DNA of 64,000 bases from an uncultured Verrucomicrobiae bacterium (GTDB lineage Bacteria; Verrucomicrobiota; Verrucomicrobiia; Chthoniobacterales; UBA10450), in the NCBI GenBank assembly GCA_963815455.1, contig CAWFGO010000001.1:693258-757257 (forward strand). Reading direction: 5' to 3'. This document shows, piece by piece, positions 9,519 through 19,429 of this stretch (positions are counted from its first letter, which is position 1; the number at the start of each line of letters is the position of its first letter). The notes under the pieces are model-generated. The model was not told the origin of the DNA. It ran no database searches and worked only from the letters and a program-made list of their open reading frames with translations. A program made the position numbers and the translations under genes.

Positions 9519-10187
9519 TCAACCCCTGGAATCTTCGGAGCCGTAGCGGCGACGCCACTCGCCCCGGTACTCGCCCATCAGGTCGATGATCCCATCACGG
9601 ACCTGAAAAAGGCGTTGCTCCAGGACGGAATGTTCCGTGGCGGTGATAAGCTTGCCCGCAAAAAGCTGCGTGGCCGCCTCCATCGACATCGTAATCGCCT
9701 TTAACGCTCGCTTCAGATACGCGATCGTCATTCCCAGTTCGTCGCCATCGTCGTCGCTCAAGGCCGCCGCCAGTTTTGCGCTGGCCAGCGCGGAATGGGT
9801 AGCCAGTTTCACCGCCGCCGGATCGTTCTGGAGCGAACTATTTTCATCGAAGAGCTGGTCGATCCAGATGGTCAATCCAAAGGCGGCGCGATAAAGCGCG
9901 TGGTCTTCGAAAGTCTCACAGAGAAAAGCCTCCTGGTCCTCATCGGTCAACGAGTCGTCGCTCGACTTCCAATCTTCGCTCACGGCATCGGCATCTTCGT
10001 CGTCGTTGTCCTCGAGCAGGTGCGACCAGCCCATTTCGCGCGCGATGATCTCGTCCCGGTCCGGATCGTCGATGTACTTCTCCAGCAGCTCCATATACTT
10101 CTCAGTTTTCTGATCCTGCTGCTGAAGGAACCGCTCCCACTCGTATTCGTCCCATACTTTTTCGGGTCCGCCCTCGTAGCCAGCCAT
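9519..10187 (-). CDS. Hypothetical highly acidic protein
   Basis: ORF 9519..10205 (GTG); ATG at 10187 (MAGYEGG...). D/E-rich centre. Sits between rlmN and the sigma gene on the same strand. No family recognised. Confidence 0.55.
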   Translation of the reverse strand: MAGYEGGPEKVWDEYEWERFLQQQDQKTEKYMELLEKYIDDPDRDEIIAREMGWSHLLEDNDDEDADAVSEDWKSSDDSLTDEDQEAFLCETFEDHALYRAAFGLTIWIDQLFDENSSLQNDPAAVKLATHSALASAKLAAALSDDDGDELGMTIAYLKRALKAITMSMEAATQLFAGKLITATEHSVLEQRLFQVRDGIIDLMGEYRGEWRRRYGSEDSRG

Positions 10188-10231
10188 GCTTCGACTAAAC
10201 GCCACCTTTACGGCGCGCGCAAAAGGTTTTG

Positions 10232-11321
10232 CTATGACGCTTTCGCCGATTCGCTGCGTTTGGTTTGCAGTCTCAACTGGCCGCAGGCGGCCTCGATATC
10301 GTGGCCTTTCTCGCGGCGTAATGTCGCGGCGATTTTATGCCCGCGCAGGATCGACAAAAATTTCTCCTGGCGATTCCTGGACGGCCGCGACCACGGCAAA
10401 TCTTCGACCGTATTGTAGGGAATCAGGTTCACTTTGGCCGAAAGCCGGCGGGCATGACGCGCCAGAGAGATGCGCTTGATCGTCGGAGTCATTCACGTCC
10501 GCGATCAAAATGTATTCGAATGTGATCCGCTGCTTTTTGGAGGAAGCATAGTAATCGCAGGCCGCGAGCAACGTCTCGATGTTGTACCGGCGATTAATCG
10601 GCATGATCTGATCGCGCACGTGATCGGTTGCGCCATGCAACGAGACGGCGAGGCGGATTTGCATGGGTTCATCGGCCAGCTTCCTGATCTGCGGCGCGAG
10701 GCCGCTGGTCGAGACGGTGATGTGCCGCGCGCCGATGCCGAGGCCCCATGGCGCGTTGATGATGCGGATCGCGGCCATGACGTTCTCCAGATTCGCCAGC
10801 GGTTCGCCCATGCCCATGAAGACGATATTGTCGATCTTCTCGCCGCTCTCCCTTTCGATCGCGATGATTTGATCCACAATTTCACCCGGGCGCAGATTAC
10901 GGGTAAATCCGTCCAAACCGCTCGCGCAAAATTTGCAGCCGTACGCGCAACCAACCTGGGTCGAGATACAAATCGTTCGGCGATCGGATTTTTGGCCGTA
11001 AAGCGCCGGCGAGGCCGGGATCAATACGGATTCGATCAAATTTCCGTCCTCGAGCCGGAAAAGAAATTTCTGCGTCGTGTCGCTCGATCCCAGCACACGG
11101 ACGATGTCGATCCTGCCGAAGGAGAATTTGTCCGCCAGCTGCGTCCGCAATGGTTGCGACAGATCGGTCATCTTGTCGAATGCATCCACTCGCTTCTGGT
11201 AAAGCCAGCTGACGATCTGGCTGGCGCGATAGGAAGGCTCATCCAGTTTGCGCAGCTCTTCCTCGAGCTCATCCGCTTGAAGGGACTTGATGTCGATCCT
11301 GGCCGCTTTCGTCACGGGCAA
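10232..11321 (-). pseudogene. rlmN: 23S rRNA/tRNA (adenine-C2)-methyltransferase RlmN, radical SAM, with one apparent +1 frame break
   Basis: ORF 10335..11321 carries CAYGCKFCASG (CxxxCxxC) and GEPL. The conserved C-terminus (KVNLIPYN...GHDIEAACGQL) is in ORF 10232..10492, in another frame. The break lies near 10463-10472 (ctctct on the coding strand). Dropping one base gives the E. coli-like spacing. Confidence 0.85.
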
Positions 11322-11595
11322 ACTTACCGGACGGCGGAGCTTGCATCAAACATCGCCACAGTTAGGTTCGTTCCTGTGAACAAACGCTTCGCAATTTACG
11401 CTGTAATCCTTTCGGCAATCACTTCACTTCTGGGTGGTTGCGCTTCCGATTCCGGCGGGGAAACCACTTCACAACCTGCGGCGGCGGTTCCTGGCCAAAA
11501 CCGCGGCGGTGAAGAGGTGACACCTGGGATGGGCCCCAGCGGCCCGAGCGCAAACGTTCGTTGGTAGCGCAAAAGACGCCGCTACGAGTTCTGGC

Positions 11596-11940
11596 TCAAT
11601 CGGTCAACGTGATCGTTCCCGTCACGCTCCGGGTCTGGACCCCCCAACTGCCATAGGGCACGCTCTCGTTGTCGTGCACGACTAACGAGGAAGCCTTAAA
11701 TTTCTTACCGTTCGCGACGAGAAGAGCCTTCTTGCGCCACGCTTCCTTGAGCTCTTCGACGCCGGAATGCCCATAAACAGAGCGATAACTCACGGCGGTG
11801 ATCTCGAAACTCCTCGGGTAGAATGGCGAAACCGTGAACGAAATGAATCGTGAAATGCCGGCGGGACGCGGCTCGGGCGCGGCGCATCCGGCAAGAAGAA
11901 TTACCGCCGTGGTTGCGATGGCGCAGAAACACAAACGCAT
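11596..11940 (-). CDS. Hypothetical lipoprotein
   Basis: ORF 11596..11946 (TTG); ATG at 11940. MRLCFCAIATTAVILLAGCAAPE is a lipobox LAGC. Confidence 0.55.
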   Translation of the reverse strand: MRLCFCAIATTAVILLAGCAAPEPRPAGISRFISFTVSPFYPRSFEITAVSYRSVYGHSGVEELKEAWRKKALLVANGKKFKASSLVVHDNESVPYGSWGVQTRSVTGTITLTD

Positions 11941-11956
11941 CTCCAAGCCGTTCGTC

Positions 11957-12620
11957 CTACATCAGGGGTTCGACAGCAGTCCGCTTGCTCTCTTGCGTGA
12001 AGAGAATCAGCTTTCGAGCCAGGGATTCCGCTGCCTCGTTGGCCATTCGCGGCCAAAGACCGGGATTTGCTTCCAGGTTTTCCAGCGATGTCGTCGTATT
12101 GCTCGTAGCCCATTCGTCCTTCTTCCAAATGACTTTGCCGTCGCGGCCCAGTAACGTTAGCTTGGCGGTTATTACCGCGCCAAGTTGACGATTGTTGACC
12201 GGCCCTATCCCGTAGGCTCCGATTTCAATCTTTAAGGTTGTGTCGGCATTCGCCGTTACCAGCTTCATCGGCGACGTTTTCAGCGCCGCTTCCATGTGGC
12301 GACGCACCAAATCGCGAATGTCCACCGGATGCTTCGACGCAGCTGCATCGAATCTCTTGAATCCAGGGCCCTCCGAACCTGCCCCGATCATCGCTCCAAT
12401 TAACGCGCCCGCCAGCCCGCCACTCGCCCCGATTCCGCGGGCCCGCTTGCCGGTGATGTCCCGGTAAACGTAATGATCCGGAGCTTTGATGTCGGGGCTG
12501 AGCGCAACAGTTCGGGTACTTGCTCCGGTCCACGGAACTGAACGGCTGCTGGGCACAACTCGCCAACGCGACGAGGGCGGGCACCGACAGGAGACGAAGA
12601 TATCTGGTTCTTAAAATCAT
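11957..12620 (-). pseudogene. Hypothetical lipoprotein with a glycine-zipper segment, apparent +1 frame break near the N-terminus
   Basis: ORF 12225..12620 begins with a good lipoprotein signal (MILRTRYLRLLSVPALVALASC) and then turns into Arg/Gly-rich nonsense. ORF 11957..12556 carries the protein-like body (GASGGLAGALIGAMIGAG...). The junction is somewhere in 12490-12560. Confidence 0.5.
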
Positions 12621-12714
12621 CGTGGGATGTTGTTAGGAAGCCTGCGAAATGTCAATCCGAGACTTCCCCAAAAAACAGCTTGAAGAACGACAGCGCACGT
12701 AGATAAGAGCGACG

Positions 12715-13483
12715 ATGCAGAAACCGCGGACGCCGCTCACAATTGGATGGGAAGCGGCCCGGGCCAACGCGGTTCCGGCGCTCGTTATTCAGGCAATCAT
12801 GATGGGATTGCTGGTCGCCTATTACTGCAACAACACTGTCTTTTCAGCATTGAATCAGTTGGCCAATTACAAGCGCACCCATGGACTTGCCCTTTGTTAT
12901 CATCGCTTCAATCGTCGCAGGCGCGCTAATTCCGGAAGCTTTCCTGATCCTGTTCTTTCAGCGTGGCCGGCCGAATCGCCGCAACTTGCGCAACCTGCTG
13001 TTCACGATTCCGGTCTGGGGTTTCGACGGGTCACTGGTCGATCTTCTCTATCGGAGTGAAGCCGCCTGGTTCGGCGATGTCGTGACATTGCCAGTCGTGC
13101 TGGCCAAGATTTGTGTCGATCAATTCGGTTACAACCCGTTGTTTGCCGCGCCGTTCGGGGTCCTGACCTACGAATGGAAAAACAACGGCGTTTCCATGGG
13201 ACCCGTTCGTGATCTTTTCACGTGGCAACATTATCGCGACAAAATCATTCCGACATTGCTCGCCACGTGGGTTGTCTGGATTCCGTTGATGGCAATCATT
13301 TATTCGTTGCCGCTGGCTCTTCAGTTTCCGCTGTTCGGACTGGCGCTTTCGTTCTGGGTCCTGCTCCTGACCTACATGACGAATCGTTTTGCCGGAAAAA
13401 TCGAAGCCGATGCGCCGATGGCGCTCGCGACTAGCGGAAAATTGAACCGCCGATTACGCGGATTCAAACGGATCGGGTCTTAA
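12715..13483 (+). pseudogene. Mpv17/PMP22-like integral membrane protein, apparent +1 frame break
   Basis: ORFs 12715..13059 and 12881..13483 join at GCCCTTTG (12889-12896). Removing one C gives ...KRTHGLAFVIIASIV.... The pattern VDQFGYNPLFAAPF...WVVWIPLMAIIYSLP resembles the Mpv17/PMP22 family (from memory). Confidence 0.5.
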
Positions 13484-14255
13484 GAAGATTCTGTGAAATG
13501 GCGGAGCGCTTCATGAACGCCAGCGCCGTGGTTACGCTGGGCAACGTAACCGCTCGCGCCACGCACGGTCTCCTTAACTTCTGGAATTGCGTTTGCCGGA
13601 CAGGAAGCGAGCAGCGCGACTTTCCCGTCCAGCATCGAGATATCGTTGTGATGATCGCCGGCGGCGAAAATATTTTCGCGCGGGATGTCGATCAGGCGCG
13701 CCAGTTCGGCCAGGGCTGCGCCTTTGTGATAGTCGGCATGACAAAAACGCAGAAAAACCGTGTTGCGCTGGTAATGAAACTTCGGCTCGTTCGCCCGGGC
13801 CCGATCGATAAATTCGACGATGCGGTCCAATTCAGCGTCGCTCGCCGCGACCAATCCTTCCAGACCTTCGGAATGATAAATGAGACGCGCCTTGGTCTTC
13901 TGGGTCACGAAATCGACCACCTCGGCCAGGATCGAGTGGGCGGACGTAAATAGCTCCGCGTGATCCTGGGCCACTCGCTTGTTCCAATCGCCCAACGGCT
14001 CCCATTTCTCGCCATTCGTCCCCGGCTGGAAAATGTCGCGCTCACTGGTGAGAATAAAATCCGGGCGGATCGGGACGGCGAAATCGGCCAGGCCGGATTC
14101 GAGCAAATCGACCGAGCGGCCGGTATTGATCGCCCAAACGCGCCGGCGTCTTGCAAATTGCGGATCAACTCCATGCATGGCTGATCCAGGACCGGCTCGC
14201 TCACGCGCGAAACGAGGGTGCCGTCAAAATCGGTGCTGATAAGCCGGATGTTCAT
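13480..14255 (-). pseudogene. HAD-superfamily (Cof-type) hydrolase, apparent -1 frame break
   Basis: ORF 13905..14255 gives HAD motif I (MNIRLISTDFDGTLV). ORF 13480..14178 gives the remainder, including GDHHNDISML (motif IV). The break is near 14134-14147. Confidence 0.7.
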
Positions 14256-14291
14256 GTAGATATTCTACCTTGGCCGTGCCGATGTTGTCGC

Positions 14292-14392
14292 GCCGTAGCG
14301 CACGGAGGCGGATGGCGAAGGCGGGTCGATCTTACAATTGATTCGATTATGAGCAGGAGCAACCCGCCTTCGCAAAAAGCTACGGCGTGGCA
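14292..14392. repeat. Family-B GC-rich inverted repeat (~100 bp)
   Basis: The left arm gccgtagcgcacggaggcggatggcgaaggcgggt pairs with the right arm acccgccttcgcaaaaagctacggcgtggca. The motifs gaaggcggg and ccacgccgtag recur at 35428..35498. Confidence 0.6.
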
Positions 14393-14417
14393 TAGAGTAA
14401 GAGCAAGAGTCTAAACG

Positions 14418-14708
14418 ATGAAATCAGCTTACGAATTGGCGATGGAACGGCTCCAAAAAGGCGCGCCCTCGGTCTCGCTAACCGATGATCAAAAGAAGGA
14501 GCTCGCTGAAATCGATTCGAAATTTAAGGCGAAAATTGCGGAAAAGGAACTTTTCCTGAAGGACCAGATTCGCAATGCTCAAACAGCGGGCAAGTTCGAC
14601 GAAGTGGAATCGCTGGAAAAGCAGCTCGTTACTGAAATTCGCCGGTTGCAAGAAGATTGCGAGGCGAAGAAGGAGAAATTGCGGGCGAGTTTCGGCGCCG
14701 GTTGTTAG
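14418..14708 (+). CDS. Hypothetical small coiled-coil protein
   Basis: ATG-started 96-aa ORF with K/E-rich heptad-like sequence. No family recognised. Confidence 0.5.
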   Translation: MKSAYELAMERLQKGAPSVSLTDDQKKELAEIDSKFKAKIAEKELFLKDQIRNAQTAGKFDEVESLEKQLVTEIRRLQEDCEAKKEKLRASFGAGC

Positions 14709-14723
14709 ATCGACATCGGGTGG

Positions 14724-14744
14724 ATCGAGCGCTCCGCGCTCGAT
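14724..14744. terminator. Candidate bidirectional terminator hairpin between convergent genes
   Basis: atcgagcgc-tcc-gcgctcgat (9-bp stem) lies between the stop at 14708 (+) and the stop at 14746 (-). Only a weak T tract (gttaaattt) follows. Confidence 0.35.
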
Positions 14745-14745
14745 G

Positions 14746-15714
14746 TTAAATTTGAGGCGGCAAAGCCGCCACTTTTTCTGCCATCGCCCGCGGAGCGGCC
14801 GATCCACCCTGGCCGCGTCTGGGCAAATCGGGATCGAGGAAGCCGAGCATATGCGCTCGTTTGATGGTGCGGACCCCTTCCCGTTTTTGCAGTTCTTCGA
14901 TGCTCTGACGGAACCCTTCCATCTTAATCCAGTGAACCTTTGGGCGGAAATGATGCTCGGCGTGATAGCCGTTGTAGAAAAACAGCCAATTGTAGATCTT
15001 GCCGTAGCTGCTTACGCCCCAGGCAATCGGTTTGTCGGGATTCGCGCCGTAATGACGGTAGTAGCCGTTCAGATAACTGAAGCAATGGCCGAGATAAAAG
15101 AACGGTAGAAAATAGAAAATGACGTAGCGCCAATTCAACAAGGCCATCACCGCCAGCGTAGTGGCGAATGCGGCCAGCTCGATGTTGCCCCAAAACAGAT
15201 CGCCGTTGCTCCGCTTGCGCAGTTCCCGCCGGATTGCGCCGATGTCGTCGCGAAAGAGACTGAGAAACACGTAGCTCCAGGGATTTTCCGCCTCGCCGTC
15301 GTGGCCGTGTTTGTAGATCGAGAGCCAGTCGATCGTCTCGCCATTCTCATCCTGCCGATCCGAATTGCCCTTATGATGCTGCATGTGGACGGCATCGTAA
15401 TAGGTCTGGGAGAAGCAACAAGCGACCGATTGGGTGATTCCGAAAAAGCGGTTCAGCAGTTTCGAGCGAAAGAACGGGTTATGGATAAAATTGTGGCCGA
15501 TCCCATTGATGTTGGCATTGACCATCAACGCGTAGATGAAGCCGAGAACCAGCATCACCCAGAGCGGGGCGTGCGGATAAAGGAAAAAGAGGCCGACAAA
15601 GTAAGCGAGATGAAAAAGGCCGGCCAAGGCGGGGACGGCGTCCCAGCGCGTATGGGCGAAGAGTTTTGAATTCGTCGTCGGGCGTTCAACTCGAATGGGG
15701 TCAGCGGTAGTCAT
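14746..15714 (-). CDS. Membrane fatty-acid desaturase family protein
   Basis: Three histidine boxes (HNFIHN, HMQHHKGNS, HAEHH) plus several hydrophobic segments. Confidence 0.85.
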   Translation of the reverse strand: MTTADPIRVERPTTNSKLFAHTRWDAVPALAGLFHLAYFVGLFFLYPHAPLWVMLVLGFIYALMVNANINGIGHNFIHNPFFRSKLLNRFFGITQSVACCFSQTYYDAVHMQHHKGNSDRQDENGETIDWLSIYKHGHDGEAENPWSYVFLSLFRDDIGAIRRELRKRSNGDLFWGNIELAAFATTLAVMALLNWRYVIFYFLPFFYLGHCFSYLNGYYRHYGANPDKPIAWGVSSYGKIYNWLFFYNGYHAEHHFRPKVHWIKMEGFRQSIEELQKREGVRTIKRAHMLGFLDPDLPRRGQGGSAAPRAMAEKVAALPPQI

Positions 15715-15936
15715 CGCGCTTCGGTAAATCCGAGAGATTGTATATCTTTGGCGGGGGTTCGAGTTTTAGCAAGCTCGGCCAAGGCCGCGAAAATACATTG
15801 GCCTAAGGGCGATTCGCCGCAGGCATCCCTCTCGACGGAGACGCAATAGCCTCTCGACGTGAGTCAGATGCCTTACGGCTAGCCCGCGGACCAACGACCC
15901 TTCGCCGACACCGCGGGATCGGCGGATCGCCCCGCG

Positions 15937-16122
15937 CTACAACTGCTCGATTTCCTCTCGGATCGCTTGCTTTGTTTTCCCCAGTTTCGACTGGAGCCGG
16001 CCGAGGAGTTCATCGTCTTTGCCATTGGCAAATGCGAGGTCGTCGTCCGTCAATTGGCCGTACTTCTGTTTCAGCTTACCCTTAATTTCGTTCCAATTCC
16101 CTTTTAGCTCTAGATTCGTCAT
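15937..16122 (-). CDS. CsbD-family general stress protein
   Basis: A 61-aa ORF. LKGNWNEIKGKLKQKYGQLTDDDL is the typical CsbD motif. Confidence 0.8.
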   Translation of the reverse strand: MTNLELKGNWNEIKGKLKQKYGQLTDDDLAFANGKDDELLGRLQSKLGKTKQAIREEIEQL

Positions 16123-16260
16123 AGTATTTAAGAATTCGTTTTTCAGGCGTAAATTGGTTCCCTTTTCGCGATCTGATAATTCACGCAGTTGGGATTTGCC
16201 AATGTCGATCTTGCCAGCCTAATTTAGCGCCCCTTCCCGATGTTTGCCCGTCAGCCAGAG

Positions 16261-17226
16261 ATGAAGATTTTCAGCGGTTCGGCGAACCGCGAACTGGCGG
16301 AGCGTATCTGCAAATACATCGGCACCCCACTCGGGCAGGCTTCGGTGAAATCGTTTCCGGACGGGGAAACTTACGTGCGGATCGAGGAGAATATCCGGGG
16401 ACACGACGTGTTCATCATTCAACCGACTTGTCCGCCGACGAACCAGCATCTGATGGAATTGCTCATCATGGTGGATGCGGCTCGGCGAGCGAGCGCAGAC
16501 CGAATTACCGCGGTGATTCCATTTTTCGGCTACGCGCGCCAGGACCGCAAAGACCAGCCGCGGGTGCCGATCACGGCCAAACTGGTGGCGAATCTTCTTT
16601 ACGCTTCGGGGGTAAACCGGGTCTTGACGATGGATCTGCACGCGCAACAAGTGCAGGGCTTTTTCGATATTCCGGTGGACCATCTCTATTCGCTCCCGGT
16701 GTTGATCAAATATCTCCGTGGGCGCTTGACCGCCGGGAAGACGGTGGTGGTTTCGCCCGACTTGGGCGGGTTGAAAATGGCTTCGGCTTATGCAGACGCG
16801 CTGGGAACAAATCTGGCCATTGTAGCCAAGGAACGGAAGACCGCGACGGAGACCGAGGCGCTCTATCTCATTGGCGATGTGAAGGATCGGGACGTGCTCC
16901 TGGTCGATGATCTCACCGAAACGGCGGGCACACTGACTTCGGCCACCAATCTCCTGAAAAAGAACGGCGCGCTGGACGTTTACGCCGGGGTGGCCCACGC
17001 GGTCCTGGTAGATGTTGCAATTCCCCGGTTGCAAAAGTCTGGGATTGCGGAATTAATAACGACCAACAGCACGCCAGTGCGCACCGTCGAAGGGTTTTCG
17101 ATCAAGGTGCTGTGCGTCTCCGAGCTCCTGGGCGAAGGGATAAAGCGGATTCATAACGATGAGTCCGTGTCGTCGCTGTTTAAGATCGACAACGGCAAAA
17201 AGAAGCAAGATGGCAAAACAAGTTAA
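16261..17226 (+). CDS. prs: Ribose-phosphate pyrophosphokinase
   Basis: ORF 16240..17226 trimmed to the ATG at 16261 (MKIFSGSANRELA). YARQDRK and the PRPP-binding loop VLLVDDLTETAGT are present. Confidence 0.9.
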   Translation: MKIFSGSANRELAERICKYIGTPLGQASVKSFPDGETYVRIEENIRGHDVFIIQPTCPPTNQHLMELLIMVDAARRASADRITAVIPFFGYARQDRKDQPRVPITAKLVANLLYASGVNRVLTMDLHAQQVQGFFDIPVDHLYSLPVLIKYLRGRLTAGKTVVVSPDLGGLKMASAYADALGTNLAIVAKERKTATETEALYLIGDVKDRDVLLVDDLTETAGTLTSATNLLKKNGALDVYAGVAHAVLVDVAIPRLQKSGIAELITTNSTPVRTVEGFSIKVLCVSELLGEGIKRIHNDESVSSLFKIDNGKKKQDGKTS

Positions 17227-17920
17227 ACTTAAAGTTGAGCGGCGCGACACCACGGGCCGGTCTGCAGTGCGCAAGTTAAAGGCGCGCGGGATCGTTCCGG
17301 CGGTGATCTACGGCGCCAAGGATAAGCCCCAACCCTTACAGGTGGCGGCGCGCGATATTAACGCCATGTTCAGCCACGCTTCCGGCGAAAACATTCTGGT
17401 CGAGCTCGAAATCGCCGGCGAGAAATCCAACCGCATGGCCCTCGTCCAGGAAGTGCAACACTCCCCATTAGGCGGGAATGTTTTGCATGTCGATTTTCAT
17501 GCCATCTCGATGGATGAGAAGATTCACGCGGAAGTTCCGCTGGAACCGGTGGGCATCGCCGAAGGGGTCAAGAATTTTGGCGGCTTGCTCGAGCAGAGCT
17601 TGCGCGCGCTGCCGATCGAATGTTTGCCCAAGGATCTGCCGGATCGGATTACCGTCGATGTCTCGGCGCTGAACATCGGCGACTCGATTCACGTTCGCGA
17701 CATTCAACTTCCTTCCGGCGTCGCCGCGAAAGTGCAGCTCGATCTCACCGTGTTCTCGGTGCTTGCGCCGGTCACCGAGGAGGAGCCCGTCCCGGTTGCG
17801 GCAGAAGGCGCCGCGGCAGGCCCGGAAGTCATTACCGAGAAGAAGAAGGACGAAGGCGAAGCCGAGGCTGCTCCGGCAGGGAAAGAAAAAGCGGCTCCAA
17901 AGGACAAAGAGAAAAAGTAA
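17210..17920 (+). CDS. rplY: 50S ribosomal protein L25 / general stress protein Ctc
   Basis: ORF 17159..17920 trimmed to the ATG at 17210 (MAKQVKLKVERRDTTGRSAVRKLKARGIVPAVIYG). Long Ctc-type acidic/lysine-rich C-terminal tail. Confidence 0.9.
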   Translation: MAKQVKLKVERRDTTGRSAVRKLKARGIVPAVIYGAKDKPQPLQVAARDINAMFSHASGENILVELEIAGEKSNRMALVQEVQHSPLGGNVLHVDFHAISMDEKIHAEVPLEPVGIAEGVKNFGGLLEQSLRALPIECLPKDLPDRITVDVSALNIGDSIHVRDIQLPSGVAAKVQLDLTVFSVLAPVTEEEPVPVAAEGAAAGPEVITEKKKDEGEAEAAPAGKEKAAPKDKEKK

Positions 17921-17962
17921 TCCATTTTCGATTGTCGATCTTGGATTGCCGATTGAGCGACC

Positions 17963-18547
17963 GTGGAAGAAAAACCGATTCGGTTGGTCGCCGGTCTTGG
18001 AAATCCCGGCCCGGAATACGCGGCCACACGCCACAACATCGGGTTCATGGTAGTCGATCGGTTGGCGGCCAAACTTGGATCGACGTGGGAAAAAGCGGCC
18101 AAGAGCGAGGCGCTGTCGGCCAAGTGCGGCGGAGCGCTCCTGGTTAAGCCGATGAGCTTTATGAATCGCAGCGGGCATCCGCTTTTCGCGATCGCGCAGT
18201 TTTACAAAATCGACCCGGCAGAAATGCTCGTGGTGCTGGACGACATGGCTTTGCCGCTGGGCCGGCTCCGGTTGCGATCGGGCGGCGGAACCGGCGGTCA
18301 CAACGGGCTGGACTCGATCATCATGCAGTTCGGAACGGATGAGATTCCGCGGATGCGCATTGGAATTGGTGAAGCCCCGCCGGCGGGCTCGGTCGATTAT
18401 GTGTTGAGCAGATTTTTTGAGGAAGAAAAACCGATGATAGGATCGACAATCGATCGGGCGGTCGAGGCGGCGAAATGCGCGATTGACAACGGCCTCGTTT
18501 CCGCGATGAACACTTTCAACCGAAAGTACAAAACCGAAGAATCATGA
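17963..18547 (+). CDS. pth: Peptidyl-tRNA hydrolase
   Basis: GTG start. LVAGLGNPGPEYAATRHNIGF and GGHNGL motifs. Confidence 0.9.
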   Translation: MEEKPIRLVAGLGNPGPEYAATRHNIGFMVVDRLAAKLGSTWEKAAKSEALSAKCGGALLVKPMSFMNRSGHPLFAIAQFYKIDPAEMLVVLDDMALPLGRLRLRSGGGTGGHNGLDSIIMQFGTDEIPRMRIGIGEAPPAGSVDYVLSRFFEEEKPMIGSTIDRAVEAAKCAIDNGLVSAMNTFNRKYKTEES

Positions 18548-18882
18548 AGAATCGTTACGAAGCGTTGGTTGTGCTCAATGCCCAGGGCACGGAAGATTCC
18601 ATCAAGGATATTATCGATCGATTGGAATCCGAGTTTAAGAAGGAAGGGGCCGAGATCGAGCAGGTCCAAAAGATGGACAAACGTCAGTTTGCCTACCAGG
18701 CCGGGGCACTCGACGCCGGGTATTACGTCAACTTTGTTTTCCAATGCCAGCCGGATCTGGTCGCAAAACTGCGCGCGAAATTCAAGCTCGATCCGGAGGT
18801 TTATCGTCAAAGTTACGTGCGCCTGCCCGAGAAGAAGGAGAAAAAGGAAAGGGCGCCAAAAAAGCTGGCGAAAGCCAAGTAA
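18544..18882 (+). CDS. rpsF: 30S ribosomal protein S6
   Basis: ATGA overlap with the pth stop. MKNRYEALVVLNAQ... matches the S6 N-terminal pattern. Basic C-terminal tail. Confidence 0.85.
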   Translation: MKNRYEALVVLNAQGTEDSIKDIIDRLESEFKKEGAEIEQVQKMDKRQFAYQAGALDAGYYVNFVFQCQPDLVAKLRAKFKLDPEVYRQSYVRLPEKKEKKERAPKKLAKAK

Positions 18883-18900
18883 CCTCGTTATAACCGAGGC

Positions 18901-19362
18901 ATGGCCAGCTTTAATAAAGTTCTTCTGCTCGGAAATCTGACGCGCGACCCCGAAGTCCGCTATACTCCAAAAGGGAGCGCCGTTTGCGATCTGGGCATCG
19001 CGGTGAACCGGGTTTATACGACCGACAGCGGAGAGAAGCGCGAGGAAGCGACTTTTGTCGATGTCACCCTGTGGGGGCGGACCGCCGAGGTTGCCGGCGA
19101 ATATTTGAAAAAGGGGCGACCGGTTTTCATCGAAGGCAGGCTTCAGCTCGATTCCTGGGACGACAAACAGACAGGCCAGAAGCGGTCCAAACTCAAGGTC
19201 ATTGGCGAGGGCATGCAATTGCTCGGTGGCGGGCGACCAGGCGGCGGCGGGGCGGGCGCTCCTGCGGAAGCCGGCGGAGAAGATCGGCCGGCGAGCAAGT
19301 CAAGCGCGCCACCGAAACCAGGCGCATCGGCTGGACCCGACGAAGACGAGATTCCGTTTTAA
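18901..19362 (+). CDS. ssb: Single-stranded DNA-binding protein
   Basis: [25 protein letters not shown] (OB fold), a Gly/Pro-rich linker, and the acidic tip DEDEIPF. Confidence 0.9.
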   Translation: MASFNKVLLLGNLTRDPEVRYTPKGSAVCDLGIAVNRVYTTDSGEKREEATFVDVTLWGRTAEVAGEYLKKGRPVFIEGRLQLDSWDDKQTGQKRSKLKVIGEGMQLLGGGRPGGGGAGAPAEAGGEDRPASKSSAPPKPGASAGPDEDEIPF

Positions 19363-19429
19363 CGGTGGCATCGGCATCCTGCCGATGGGTTAATGCACAC
19401 GGGCTGGAAGTCCATGCCACGATCCTAAT

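Noticed and set aside
10470-11567. 365-aa plus-strand ORF opposite rlmN
   Set aside because: It lies antisense to a strongly conserved radical-SAM gene. It has an Arg/Gly/Asp-rich composition typical of GC-rich shadow frames and no recognisable motifs.
16219-19218. Long minus-strand ORFs (16219..17034, 17468..18301, 18397..19218) opposite prs, rplY/pth and rpsF/ssb
   Set aside because: They are shadow ORFs antisense to unambiguous housekeeping genes, with R/G/P-rich low-information sequence.
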